DNA of 64,000 nucleotides from Octopus vulgaris (Eukaryota): the NCBI GenBank assembly GCA_951406725.2, contig OX597823.1, positions 79,484,001 through 79,548,000 of the forward strand, written 5' to 3'. A model generated the notes under the pieces. It was not told the DNA's origin. It saw only the letters and a list, made by a program, of their open reading frames with translations, and searched no databases. This document shows, in pieces, positions 53,604-64,000 of the stretch. Position 1 is the first letter of the stretch, and each line of letters opens with the position of its first letter. A program made the translations under genes and the position numbers.

Positions 53604-54797
53604 AAAGTCGATCATGGAATGATATGTCACAAGCTGCGTGATCTTGGCATAGTTGGAAAATTGGGAGAATGGCTTCATGACTTTTTGAAGGATAGAAGTC
53701 AGGTGGTAGTAGCCAATTAACACTTCCATTAACACGCAAATAGTGAGCGGTGTTCCGCAAGGCACTGTTCTGGGACCACTACTGTTCATAATGGCCCTCT
53801 CAGACATGCCCTCAGCCACGCAGAGAGCCACGATCACAAGTTATGCAGATGATACAAAAGTTTCACAGGCAATATAGAACCCTGAAGACACTAAGCACCT
53901 GCAATGTGAGCTGGACAAAATATACAAGTGGGCTGAAAAGAATAGCATGCAGTTCAATGCTGAAAAGTTTTAAGCTTTATACTATCAGCATGCAAAACTA
54001 AATGCAATACCCAATAAATACACTGGACCTGGAGGGATTGCAATCCCAGAGTGAGACCTGGGTATTTAAATGAGTGATGATGCTAAATTGGCAATGAAAT
54101 GTAGGCGGCTGACCGGATGGATTCTTAAAACCTTTAGAACAAGAGACCAGGAAACCATGATGGTCCTCTGGAGGACACTTGTCCTAAGCCACTTTGACTA
54201 TTGCTCTCAACTATGGTCACCATCCAGTGTCAAGTTAATCGCAGAACTTGAGGCGATCCAGCGAAGCTATACGAAGAAGATAGCCTCTGTGCAGCATATA
54301 AGCTATTGGGGAAGACTCAAGAGATTGAGACTCTATTCCTTAGAGCGTAGGCGAGAAAGATATGCCATAATATATATCTGGAAGATCCTAGAAGGACTTG
54401 TCCCAAACTTTGGCATCGAGAGTTACACAAATGCCAGAACTGGGCGCCACTGCATAGTGCCAAGGACTCCAAATTTGCCATCAAGATGTAGGACAAGATA
54501 CTGTGATAGCCTAGGCTTCCGAGGCCCACAGCTCTTCAATATCCTCCCGAAGAACCTAAGAGACCTGCATGGGGTGGATGCAGATGTCTTTAAAATGAAA
54601 CTAGATCACTTCTTGTCAGGTCTCCCAGATGAACCAACTTCACGGCAGGAGGTGCAGATGAGGGCAGCTGCATCGAACTCTCTCATGCACCAGATGGCAT
54701 TTGCTAAAAGGCATTCGTGAAGTAAAATCATGTAGCAACACCAAATGGCGGTGCCCCAGCATGACCACAGCTTGTGAGCTGAAATTTAAAAAAAAAA
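53604..54797 (+). pseudogene. 5'-truncated CR1-group LINE nested in the Penelope ORF
   Basis: KVDHG, SGVPQGTVLGPLLF, SYADDTK, LYSLERRRERYAIIYIWKILEGLVPN; 3' hairpin then A-rich tail. Confidence 0.9.
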
Positions 54798-54989
54798 TAC
54801 CAAAAACAAGACAGAAAACATAACGAAACCAAGTAAAATACCACAACCAAAACGCAAAATTCATCAAGCAAACATCAACAGGAATATAAATCATAAACAG
54901 AAAAAAATTCATTTTTTTTACGTCAGGACAACAAACGCCGGAGAAAGAAAAAATCCAAGAGGAAACATACCCAAAACAACTGAACGTAT

Positions 54990-57213
54990 AGTTCCTAAAA
55001 TAATTAATTTATCAAAAAGAGATCTTGACAATGATGAAATCCAACTTCTGTCAAAAGGACTGAAATCCACACCTCACCAACAGGCAATCACCAAGAATTA
55101 AAGGAGGATATCCAAAAATTCTGTCGAAAATTACGACTTGTAGAATTCTTTGCTAACAAAAGTAATGAGATTGATGAATCCCTAGTAAGGAATAAATCAA
55201 ATTTCACCCCACCAAAAGGAAGAAATAACTACCTTGACCAATACATTGATATCCTGTCTAAATTTCCCCTTAGACGCAATACCAATGTTAGGCCAAACAT
55301 TAACAAATCAGAGATGTCTGCTTGTAGACGTATACAAAACGATCAAACAATAATAATTAAACAAGCAGATAAAGGTGGTACAATTGTTATTATGGATACC
55401 GAATACTATAAGGATTTGGTTGAGGACCAACTGAAGGACACAACCTTCTATTGTGAAATACCCTCAAATATAGACCACCACATCATGAAAAAGATCAACA
55501 ACCTGATTTCAAAACACTACAACTCGCTTACCGATAATGAAAGAGACTACATCACCAATTTCGAACCAAAACCCAGCAACTTCTACGGCTTACCGAAAAT
55601 ACATAAATCAAAAGATATTCAACATGCAGTAAAAGAACAAGGAAGTGAGTACATAAAATTACTACATCCAAAAGACCTAAATCTTAGACCTATTATAGCT
55701 GGTCCAGCACGCCCTGCCTACCGTCTAAGCAATTTTATTGACATTGTTTTGAAACCACTATGTACTTACATACCCAGTTTCATCAGGGATGACATCGACT
55801 TCCTGTCCCATCTTCCCAAAACAACAGAAACAAATTCAGTTTTACTAAGTTTTGATGTGGTAAGTCTCTACCCCAATATTCCACACGATTTAGGAATAAA
55901 GGTGATTAAATACTGGTTAGAAAAACATAGAGAAGTGATTCCCAGCAGATTCACAGTGCCATTTATATTAGACACAGTCAAACTTATTCTAGAAAACAAC
56001 TCATTCTTCTTCAATGGAAAGAATTACATCCAAATTAGAGGCACGGCGATGGGAACGAGGTTTGCTCCCGTTTACGCCAACTCTGTAATGGGATACTTAG
56101 AACAACAACCCTACCAAGAGGTGGAGATAAACTATGGCACTGGATTTAGAAAGTATATTGAAAAGGCATGGAAGAGATACCTTGACGACTGCTTCATAAA
56201 CTGAACAGAATCTCTAAATACTCTGGAAGAGTTCAATATCCTCCTGAACAACCTACACCCATCTCTCCAATTTACAAAGGAGATGAGTAGTACCAAATTA
56301 CCATTCCTAGATATAATGGTAAATTAAAAAGGACACCACCATCACCACAGATATATACTATAAACACACAGACACACATCAATACCTGAATTTTAAGTCG
56401 TGCCATCCACCACATACAAAACGCAACATCCCATACTGCCTAGCCAGAAGAATTTGTACCATTGTAGAAGATGCAAATATCAGGAACAAACGCCTAACAG
56501 AACTAAGAGAATTTTTGCTCAAACAAAAATATCCATGTCTACTTATAGAAAATGGCATACAGCGGGCTATAAAAATACCCATACAACAACTTAGGACAAC
56601 CCAAGGAAGGGGAAAACAAGAACAAGTCATACCATTCATAGTGACACACAACCCATGTCCCCAGAATATCTTCAACATTGCCAAAGCAAACCTACCAATC
56701 ATTGCTCAAAGTAAGGAATTAAAAGATATAATCACGGATCGAGCTATGGTTCTTAGTAAAAGACAGCCTAAAAACTTGAAAAAATTACTAACAAAGGCAA
56801 AATTTGACCTTAGCAACAAAGACCAAACATTCACTGTATCTAAATGCAATGATAGCCGATGTGGCACACGCCAATTCATACATACCGGCCAATATATAGA
56901 CACAAAAACCGGGAAAATATTCACAAACGCGAATATGAACTGCAAAGGCAGAAATTTAATTTACTGCATCAAATGCCCAAATTGTGAAGAAATATATGTA
57001 GGTCAGACGGGAAATGCACTATCAGAACGCTCACGTGTACACCGACAACAGGTTAGAGACCCAGAGGTCCGTCAGATACCTTTGAGTAACCACCTAGCAA
57101 CATGTGGTCGGAAAATATTTGTAATATTTCCATTCTACAATTACACAGCCCAAGTGAAATCGAGAGGAAAATCAGAGAAAAGAATTTTATTGATAAATTC
57201 GAACCCAAGCTAA
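54990..57213 (+). pseudogene. Penelope RT + GIY-YIG endonuclease, disrupted
   Basis: INLSKRDL..E..LLSKGLK, IKQADKGG, FYGLPKIHK, RPIIA, SFDVVSLYPNIP, GTAMG, RYLDD (56178-56189), NLIYCIKCPNCEEIYVGQTG; several stops and frameshifts. Confidence 0.92.
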
Positions 57214-57544
57214 ATAAGCAATAATAATAATACTTAGAGGTACTACTTCTACTGCTACGACCATGACCACTAACAACAACAACAACAACAACAATACTAA
57301 AGGTGATCAAGATGAAGATAGCAGGAAGATTATCTTATTTAGGGTTAAAAGTTCTATTGCCACCACCATCACCACTAGCAACAATAATTAAGGTGCTGAC
57401 AATGATGATGATGACAATTGAAATATAATAATCACTGACAAAGGCTATTTACAACATTTCTAAAAATAGCCCAACAATTGCTGTCTCGCCAGGGTTAAGA
57501 TACAGGATTCTTTACATGTTCAACAAAGCGTGACGCCTAAACCA

Positions 57545-57645
57545 ACCAATCAGCTTAAGTAATTGAGTGATGCTACACACTGATTGGTCAGAATACAGTT
57601 TGCAAAACCTAGCAATCTGGAGCCCACACAGGTGTATTTAAAGCA
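57545..57645 (+). promoter_or_regulatory. Putative pLTR Pol II promoter (CCAAT, inverted CCAAT, TATA-like)
   Basis: ccaatcag, ctgattgg and tatttaaa upstream of the HHR; similar ccaatc/tataaaa layout at ~48990-49050. Confidence 0.45.
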
Positions 57646-57705
57646 CAGATTTAACCATCTCGCTACAGTCAAAAATTGTGAAGCATGACTGTCACCACTA
57701 CTACA

Positions 57706-57750
57706 TGAACCTGAAGACTGCATAATTTAATGCATGAAAGTACTAGTTCA
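57706..57750 (+). ncRNA. Minimal type I hammerhead ribozyme of the Penelope pLTR
   Basis: tgaac CTGAAGA ctgca-taatttaa-tgcat GAAA gtac TA gttca; palindromic stem III (agtact); cleavage predicted after A57745. Confidence 0.82.
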
Positions 57751-57876
57751 ATCAGAATGAATATTTAACATTCTATTATTTTATTTTATTTTATTATATT
57801 ATATTATTTTATATTATATAATTATAAGATTGTAAATAAAACGTGAAAATCAGACAAGGTTGGAATTCCTTTTATT

Positions 57877-57912
<36 letters not shown>

Positions 57913-58306
57913 CTAGCATTATCGCCCGGCGTTGCTCGGGTTGTAAGGGAAATAACTATATAAGCATTTTTAGAGAGTTATAGCCAAAAAATAGCAAACA
58001 AATGCATTAAAAATTGAAAAAAAATTAAGGTAATTTTTTTAAAATCGTTGACACATCGTAGATATTTTTAGAGAGTTACTTCCCTTATATAAAAGCGAAA
58101 AAAATGCATTAAAATGGAAAAATATGATGGTAAATTTTTTTTTAAATCGTAGACTCATCGTAGACGCACGCTAATACCCAGAAGGGCTCGATATGAATCA
58201 CGACTATAAGATACCCGCTTTTGGTTAAACTGCACCGCAAAATGTGGGAGTAGTTAGGAATCTAAATCGTAGGAGACAGACACACAACTTCACTCTTATA
58301 TAAAGA
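57913..58306 (-). mobile_element. Non-autonomous Helitron (longer variant of 17500-17795)
   Basis: 5' TC, hairpin cccgagcaacgccggg, 3' CTAG; extra ~95-bp internal partial duplication. Confidence 0.8.
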
Positions 58307-59177
58307 TGCTTTTTTTTTTCAGTCATAGAGTTAGATTTATGAAGGTCTTCAGTAGAAAATCCTTCGAATTCTGACTCGCTGCTTGATATAATGAAATTCG
58401 TATCCATTTTTTGTCAGAATTACAAATTTTGAAAACACAATAGGAAATGAGTAAAATAAAAACCAATTTACCTTTTCTGTCCGTCTGTGTGTCTTTGCAA
58501 ATGTGTTGGAATGATAAGTGAGTTGTGATTTGGCGCCTTTTTTACTAAAAACAAACACACACGTGTTTGTATGTAGTAGTATGTGTATGTAGTTGTATGT
58601 AGTTGTATATGTATGTGTATGCGTGTGTGTGAGGAATGACACACACACACTCACGCACGCACACATGTACATCAATGCTTTCCGAGTGATATGTTAAAAT
58701 ATTGAGTTTTCTCGAATTTTGTCTTAATTGGTGGTAAAATTGAAAGAAATTTTTTATGGCATCACCCACTGAAGTACTCTGAAAAATCTTAGGTAAACTC
58801 TAATTGAAGAAATTGTGTATTTATTTGTTTCTGTTTGCTGTGTTTTTTTATTTTTTGAGTAGTGGTTTAAATACTTTCACTTTAGTCTTCCTCAAATCAC
58901 TCTGTCGCTATTTACTTTCATTTTATTCGTCGCACACTGTGTGTGTGCGTTTGCGTGTGGTGTAAACCAGACTAAGAAAAGCATTTGACACACACACCAG
59001 AATGTGAGTTTTCGGTAAATTTTGCTTAATTGGAGTTTAAATTTAAAAAACTGGACCTGGCATGACGCGATGCATTGTACTCTTAAAAATGCTAGGTAAA
59101 TTGTAATTGAAGAAATCCTATATTGTAGATTTGTATAACTCCCAAAGGGAGGCAGATAAAATCTGCCTTTTATAATA

Positions 59178-59180
<3 letters not shown>
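58307..59180 (-). mobile_element. Second Helitron-like 5' module joined upstream of the 57913-58306 element
   Basis: Minus begins A|TCTTATTATAAAAGGCAG at 59180; internal imperfect duplication (~58700-58820 vs ~59000-59120); no own CTAG/hairpin found. Confidence 0.5.
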
Positions 59181-59231
<51 letters not shown>

Positions 59232-59234
<3 letters not shown>

Positions 59235-59521
59235 AGGCGCAATGGCCCAGTGGTTAGGAGGAGGATCGCGGTTTCGATTCCCAGACCGGGCATTGTGCGT
59301 GTTTATTGAGCAAAAACACCTAAAAGCTCCACGAGGCTCCGGCAGGGGGTGGTGATCCCTGCTATACTCTTTCACCACTCTTTCTCCCACTCTTTCTTCT
59401 GTTGGCCTGCTCGCTTAGCCAGCGGGTTGGCGTCATTCGAAGGCTAAAACAATGCGAACGCATTGTGACCAGCGATGTGTAGCAACATCTGATGGTCTGG
59501 TCGGTCACGTGATCACGTGAT
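59232..59521 (+). mobile_element. SINE family C with tail type 2
   Basis: ggaggcgcaatggcccagtggttagg head (small deletion); ends ggtcacgtgatcacgtgat; within (TA)n. Confidence 0.85.
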
Positions 59522-59552
59522 ATATATATGTGTGTGTGTGTGTGTGTGTTTG

Positions 59553-59605
<53 letters not shown>

Positions 59606-59689
59606 ATATATATACATGTGTGTATATATATGTGTGTGTGTGCACATATCGATACATATATATATGTATATAAAAGATACATATATCGG

Positions 59690-60018
59690 GTAGCGAATAT
59701 TCGTTAGAAATATCACCACCAGTGGCCTAGCATGTATAAATAGTCAATAGACAACATATTCTTATTTTAAAATAGTGTACCTTTAAACACAAGAGAAAAC
59801 TACCCTTTAACAGGTAATTTTTACATGCTAGAAGAAGCAGCCAAAACCACGATTTAATAGCAATTTTCGAAGGAAATAACAAGGTAAAAGTTTTTATTTT
59901 TCATTTTTAGAGCCTTATTACTCTTAACACTCTTAACGGTTCAATTTCCAGTAATTTACGTATTTATTCTTCCTAAAATTTCCGTTGCATCTTGCAACTT
60001 CTTCAATAGTAGTTGATC

Positions 60019-60020
<2 letters not shown>
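59690..60020 (-). mobile_element. Relative of the 46960 HHR element with a degenerate core
   Basis: Shared sequence blocks; minus cta TTGAAGA a gttgc-aagat-gcaac g GAAA ttt tag at 59973-60009. Confidence 0.55.
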
Positions 60021-60079
<59 letters not shown>

Positions 60080-60090
60080 CGACTTTCGAT

Positions 60091-60151
<61 letters not shown>

Positions 60152-60302
60152 AAGACGTTTACTAGATTTCGAGAAAATATTAATACGAATATCGTATAAA
60201 AGAAATCAACTGTATCAAAATAACAATCAGATATTTTGCATTTTTTATACATATCATTCAAATGTTTATAGACAACCCGAGACACGTTGTGTTCATAGAT
60301 AT

Positions 60303-60345
<43 letters not shown>

Positions 60346-60984
60346 TGCGTGTGTATGGGTGCTATATGTGCATACATACACACAAAAGTATTGTTTACTA
60401 TTTTTATTGTATATTTAAGTTATATTTTTATTGCGTTGATCATCAACATTTCGCTTATTCTCTGTAGTAGTTAATCTGATATAACTTGGAATATTATTGT
60501 ATTCTATATAATTGATATTATACGCATCATAACTCACGTTGCAGCATTTCTGCTGTAAGGTAGCTATATTTGCTTTGCTGGATTTGTGAGTAAAAGCTCA
60601 CTGGTGTATAATACATTTAAAATCATGACTAAACATTTGAAATAACAAATATCCACCATTTTGTTTTTCACTTAATTACGGCAAACGACCCTACTCGTTT
60701 GATAAAAACCACAGCAGTTATATAATATAACGAATGAGCTGACAGTTCTTTTCCTGTTGTAATTTCTGTATGTGCCTGAAGCATTGACTTCGAATGACTT
60801 CGTATTTCGTCCGTTGTGTAAGGAATTTAGTTTAAAGAATTACATCTCTTTTATGCATCACTGAAGTAAGCAACAGATTAGATATCATCAAGAGAGTTAA
60901 CACGTTAATAGATTTTCAATCATTGAACAAAATGACAAAAACCTGATAAATACTTGCCAATATCCGTAGATGCTTTAAGACTGC

Positions 60985-61195
60985 GTGCTGACTGAATCGT
61001 TAACTTTCTGTGCAAAATGCTTTGTGGCATTTCGACCGTTTCACGTTCTGAGTTCCAATTCCGCTGAGGTCGACTTTGTTTTTTTATCCTTTCGAAATTG
61101 ATAAATAAGTACCAGTTTAGCACTGGGGTCTATGTAATCAACTTGCCTCATCTCCAAACTTGCTGAGATTGTGCCAAAATTTGAAATCAATATTT
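60985..61195 (+). mobile_element. SINE family B variant, degenerate
   Basis: acgttctgagttccaattccgctgaggtcgactttg..gataaataagtaccagtt. Confidence 0.65.
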
Positions 61196-62466
61196 ATAAA
61201 TGCATTATTGCTTTAAAACTATTTTTCGAGATTCTTAATGTACGACGTTGGCTACACTGCGTTCTCTACGATATATTTGATGCTAGACTTGGTCATTGAT
61301 GTAATCTATCACAGTTTTGACATTATCACTTGCCCCAGGCGCTCTTGTTAGAGTTGAATCTGTCGCAATCATTCAAACCAGATCCCTGATCTCGATCTAA
61401 GAATAACTTCCCATCTCCTTTCTTGTTTCGCAAACCTCATCTGGACCAGTGGTTTTCTTGTTTCTAAGCGACTAAATGTACTTTGTCACTTCGTATGCGT
61501 AAGTCTATGCAACGTGGTGGATCTGGAAAAGGAAAAGAGGAAAGAATTAAAGGAAATTTACCAAAGGCTGTATTATAGAGTCGGCTGTATAGTGAAGTTG
61601 GAGGCTTTCTGTGCTGTTGCACTGATCCACTGAATTATATATTTTGTGAAGTAGAAGATTAGTGGATTCAGTAACACAAATTTTATTGATACATTTTGGC
61701 AAGAAAAAAAAATATTCGGCTGCAGTTTAAAAGCGGGGATTACTTGAGAATTATGAGATGCATGAAATCAGCTTTCGCGATTCACCTTTTAGCTGTGTAA
61801 ACTCCACTTAGTTTTGGGAGTGCTTATTTTGCCAGAATTTTTATGTCTTGCTTTTGGTCTGAACAGCTTCATCAAAGCTGAGATTGAACCACATGAGGTT
61901 TGAGGCTATTGTGTTTTTGCTGTGAGCTGAACGAGGTGGAACATTCCAAAATGAATACTTCGTTCACTTGCCGAGCTGGGTTTTTTGGTGATCAGAAGAG
62001 AAACGTATATTTCTGCTCTATATAAAACTGGTAAAACTCAAACTAGTCGTCAGACTTGAATAACCATAGGATGTGAAACACAGGGTTGCGTTGTGATATA
62101 TGTGTATGTTTGTTGGGTAGTTACGATGAAGTAGAGATGGATACATTTTAGCGTAGATTAGCTTTGTAAGGTAGACGGAGACCGATCTTGTTTGGAATGT
62201 TTCAGTGTCGATCTGCGATGTCTGGAGATTATGAGATAAGTTAACAAAGAGGATTACAAACGATTTGGCATCAGCATGGGATGAGTGAGAATCACAAATG
62301 TTGTGAATGTTGCTATGACCGAGAACGATGACTTCGGGAAATGTGAAGTAAGATATATATTCCAGCGCAAAGAAAAAGATATGCTTGAAGAGATGACCGT
62401 GGTTCGAGGAATTAGAAGCCAGTTAGATATTGTTGATGTATTTAAAGGAAAGAGAGCGGGAGAAAG

Positions 62467-62516
<50 letters not shown>

Positions 62517-62687
62517 TTAAAGCAAATGAAGGTCATTATTGTTAATATCCAGATAAGAGAGACGAGTTATGAAGTAACGAAAAAAAATCTAGCCCGGACA
62601 GTCGAGATATGTTTGAGGATGGGCTTGATGGATTTGGGTTTCGGAGGAGAATAGGCATTTTATCAATGTATAGTAGAGTATATAGTA

Positions 62688-62965
62688 AAGGCGTATGGCC
62701 TGGCGATTAAGGGTGTTGCGTTCACACACGTAAGATCGCGGTTTCGATTATCGGACCGGACAGCGCGTTGTGTTCTTGAGCAAAGCACTTTTCTTTCACG
62801 CTGCCCCTGTTCACTCAGCAGTAAAATGAGCTCCTGGGCAATCTGAGAAGTTAAACCTGCGATAGACTGGTGATCCATCTAGGGCAGAGAAGGTTGTAAT
62901 CTCACTAATACACCATCGAAACTGGATTAAGCTCCACCCTTATGAGTCCAAGAGCACAAGATGCA
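62688..62965 (+). mobile_element. Degenerate SINE: tRNA head + CORE-like + V-domain-like module
   Basis: ggcgtatggcctggcgatta..ggtttcgatt head; ttgagcaaagcactt CORE-like block; cctgcgatagactgg like the minus strand of 38570-38600. Confidence 0.55.
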
Positions 62966-64000
62966 TTTAAGTCTATAGTAGAACATGTAGCGTACTTGAT
63001 GCATAAGTTGGTACAAGCCTGGTAGAGAATGAATATTTTTACATAGTTTAAATTTTTAGCGTTCGAAATATTTAAAACAGTTAAGCGCCAGGCATCGTAA
63101 CTTATTTGTTCAGAAATAATCAAAAGTCTATCTTTATGTCAGAAATTCATATATAATCTGTAGCTTCCACTTATTACTGTTTCCTCGTCTTTTATTTTCT
63201 CTATGAAGTAGAATGTAATTTGAGGAGAATTTGGTTGCTATTTCTAGTATTTCAAGCAATCTTGTAGAGGCTCCTGAATTCGCTCATAAGAGCCCCTCAT
63301 TGTAATCGCTTTATGATTTGGGTTAAAAGGATTGTTTTCACTTCTAAAGAACCATAACAACATTGTATGTCAATTTTTATTCGAAACTTATATCATTTTA
63401 GTTATCTGCCTTTTATTATTAATTCTCTCTAGAAAGGCTTCAACGCAGCAACTTATCAGTTTCCTCTCAAGTTAGGTTTGCGATCATCTGTCAATGTCGA
63501 AAACCAATGCTTGTTATTAAAACGTCATCAGGATATTAAGCAAAACCAGTTACGGCGCACAACTAATTTATAGTATAAATCTTTATGGAAAAATATTACA
63601 GCTCAGTAACTGCGATATGTATTCCAATAAATTATGTATACATAGAGGATACTTACTAACATTCCTTCTTCGCTGCTTTTGATTTTCTTACAGTTCATGC
63701 ACAAACACTCTGATCATTAAAAGAACAGAACGTGTAGTCATTAATGATATGCTGAAAAATTAAACACGTTTGCAGAATATATGTTGATCTTTAACAGTGA
63801 AAATCAGCCATATTGCATATAAAACTGCATGCTTAAACCAATCTGCAATATTGCATATTGCAGATCAGAGTGGTTTCTAATATCTACTTTCCATTAGAAC
63901 ACAAAAGAAGGTAGTATGCAACTAATAACAATATTAATATAAATATTTTCAAGCGTTAATGTTTGTCTTTTATGGGCAATTAAAAAATTACTTTTATTTT

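Larger units (their letters stand above)
53061..57880 (+). mobile_element. Penelope-like retroelement (Neptune-type architecture), inserted in (TA)n and split by a CR1-type LINE
   Basis: N-terminal ORF remnant, RT, Cys linker (CNDSRCGT), C-terminal GIY-YIG, pLTR with HHR; (TA)n on both sides. Confidence 0.9.

Overview
AT-rich, microsatellite-dense eukaryotic DNA with no host protein-coding exon I can support, so it is probably intergenic or intronic. The SINE repertoire and the (TA)n/(CA)n density look like an octopus/cephalopod genome (recognition from memory, not verified). Most ORFs in the supplied track are microsatellite artefacts. Real coding remnants are all retroelement-derived: a near full-length disrupted RTE LINE (42998-46163), a Penelope-like element (PLE) with RT plus C-terminal GIY-YIG (about 53061-57880) interrupted by a CR1-type LINE, a second PLE 3' fragment, a second CR1-type fragment, and an R2/Hero-type endonuclease remnant. 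There are also at least four tRNA-derived SINE families, a mariner MITE and non-autonomous Helitrons. The most striking signal is more than a dozen type I hammerhead ribozyme (HHR) motifs, folded by eye. Most lie in short non-coding elements of several unrelated sequence families inserted into (TA)n tracts, as tandem (343, 476, 532 nt period), circularly permuted or head-to-head inverted copies. Together they look like a diverse PLE-mobilised, retrozyme-like system with recurrent non-canonical catalytic cores. Ribozyme activity is inferred, not shown. Element boundaries are approximate unless exact motifs are quoted.
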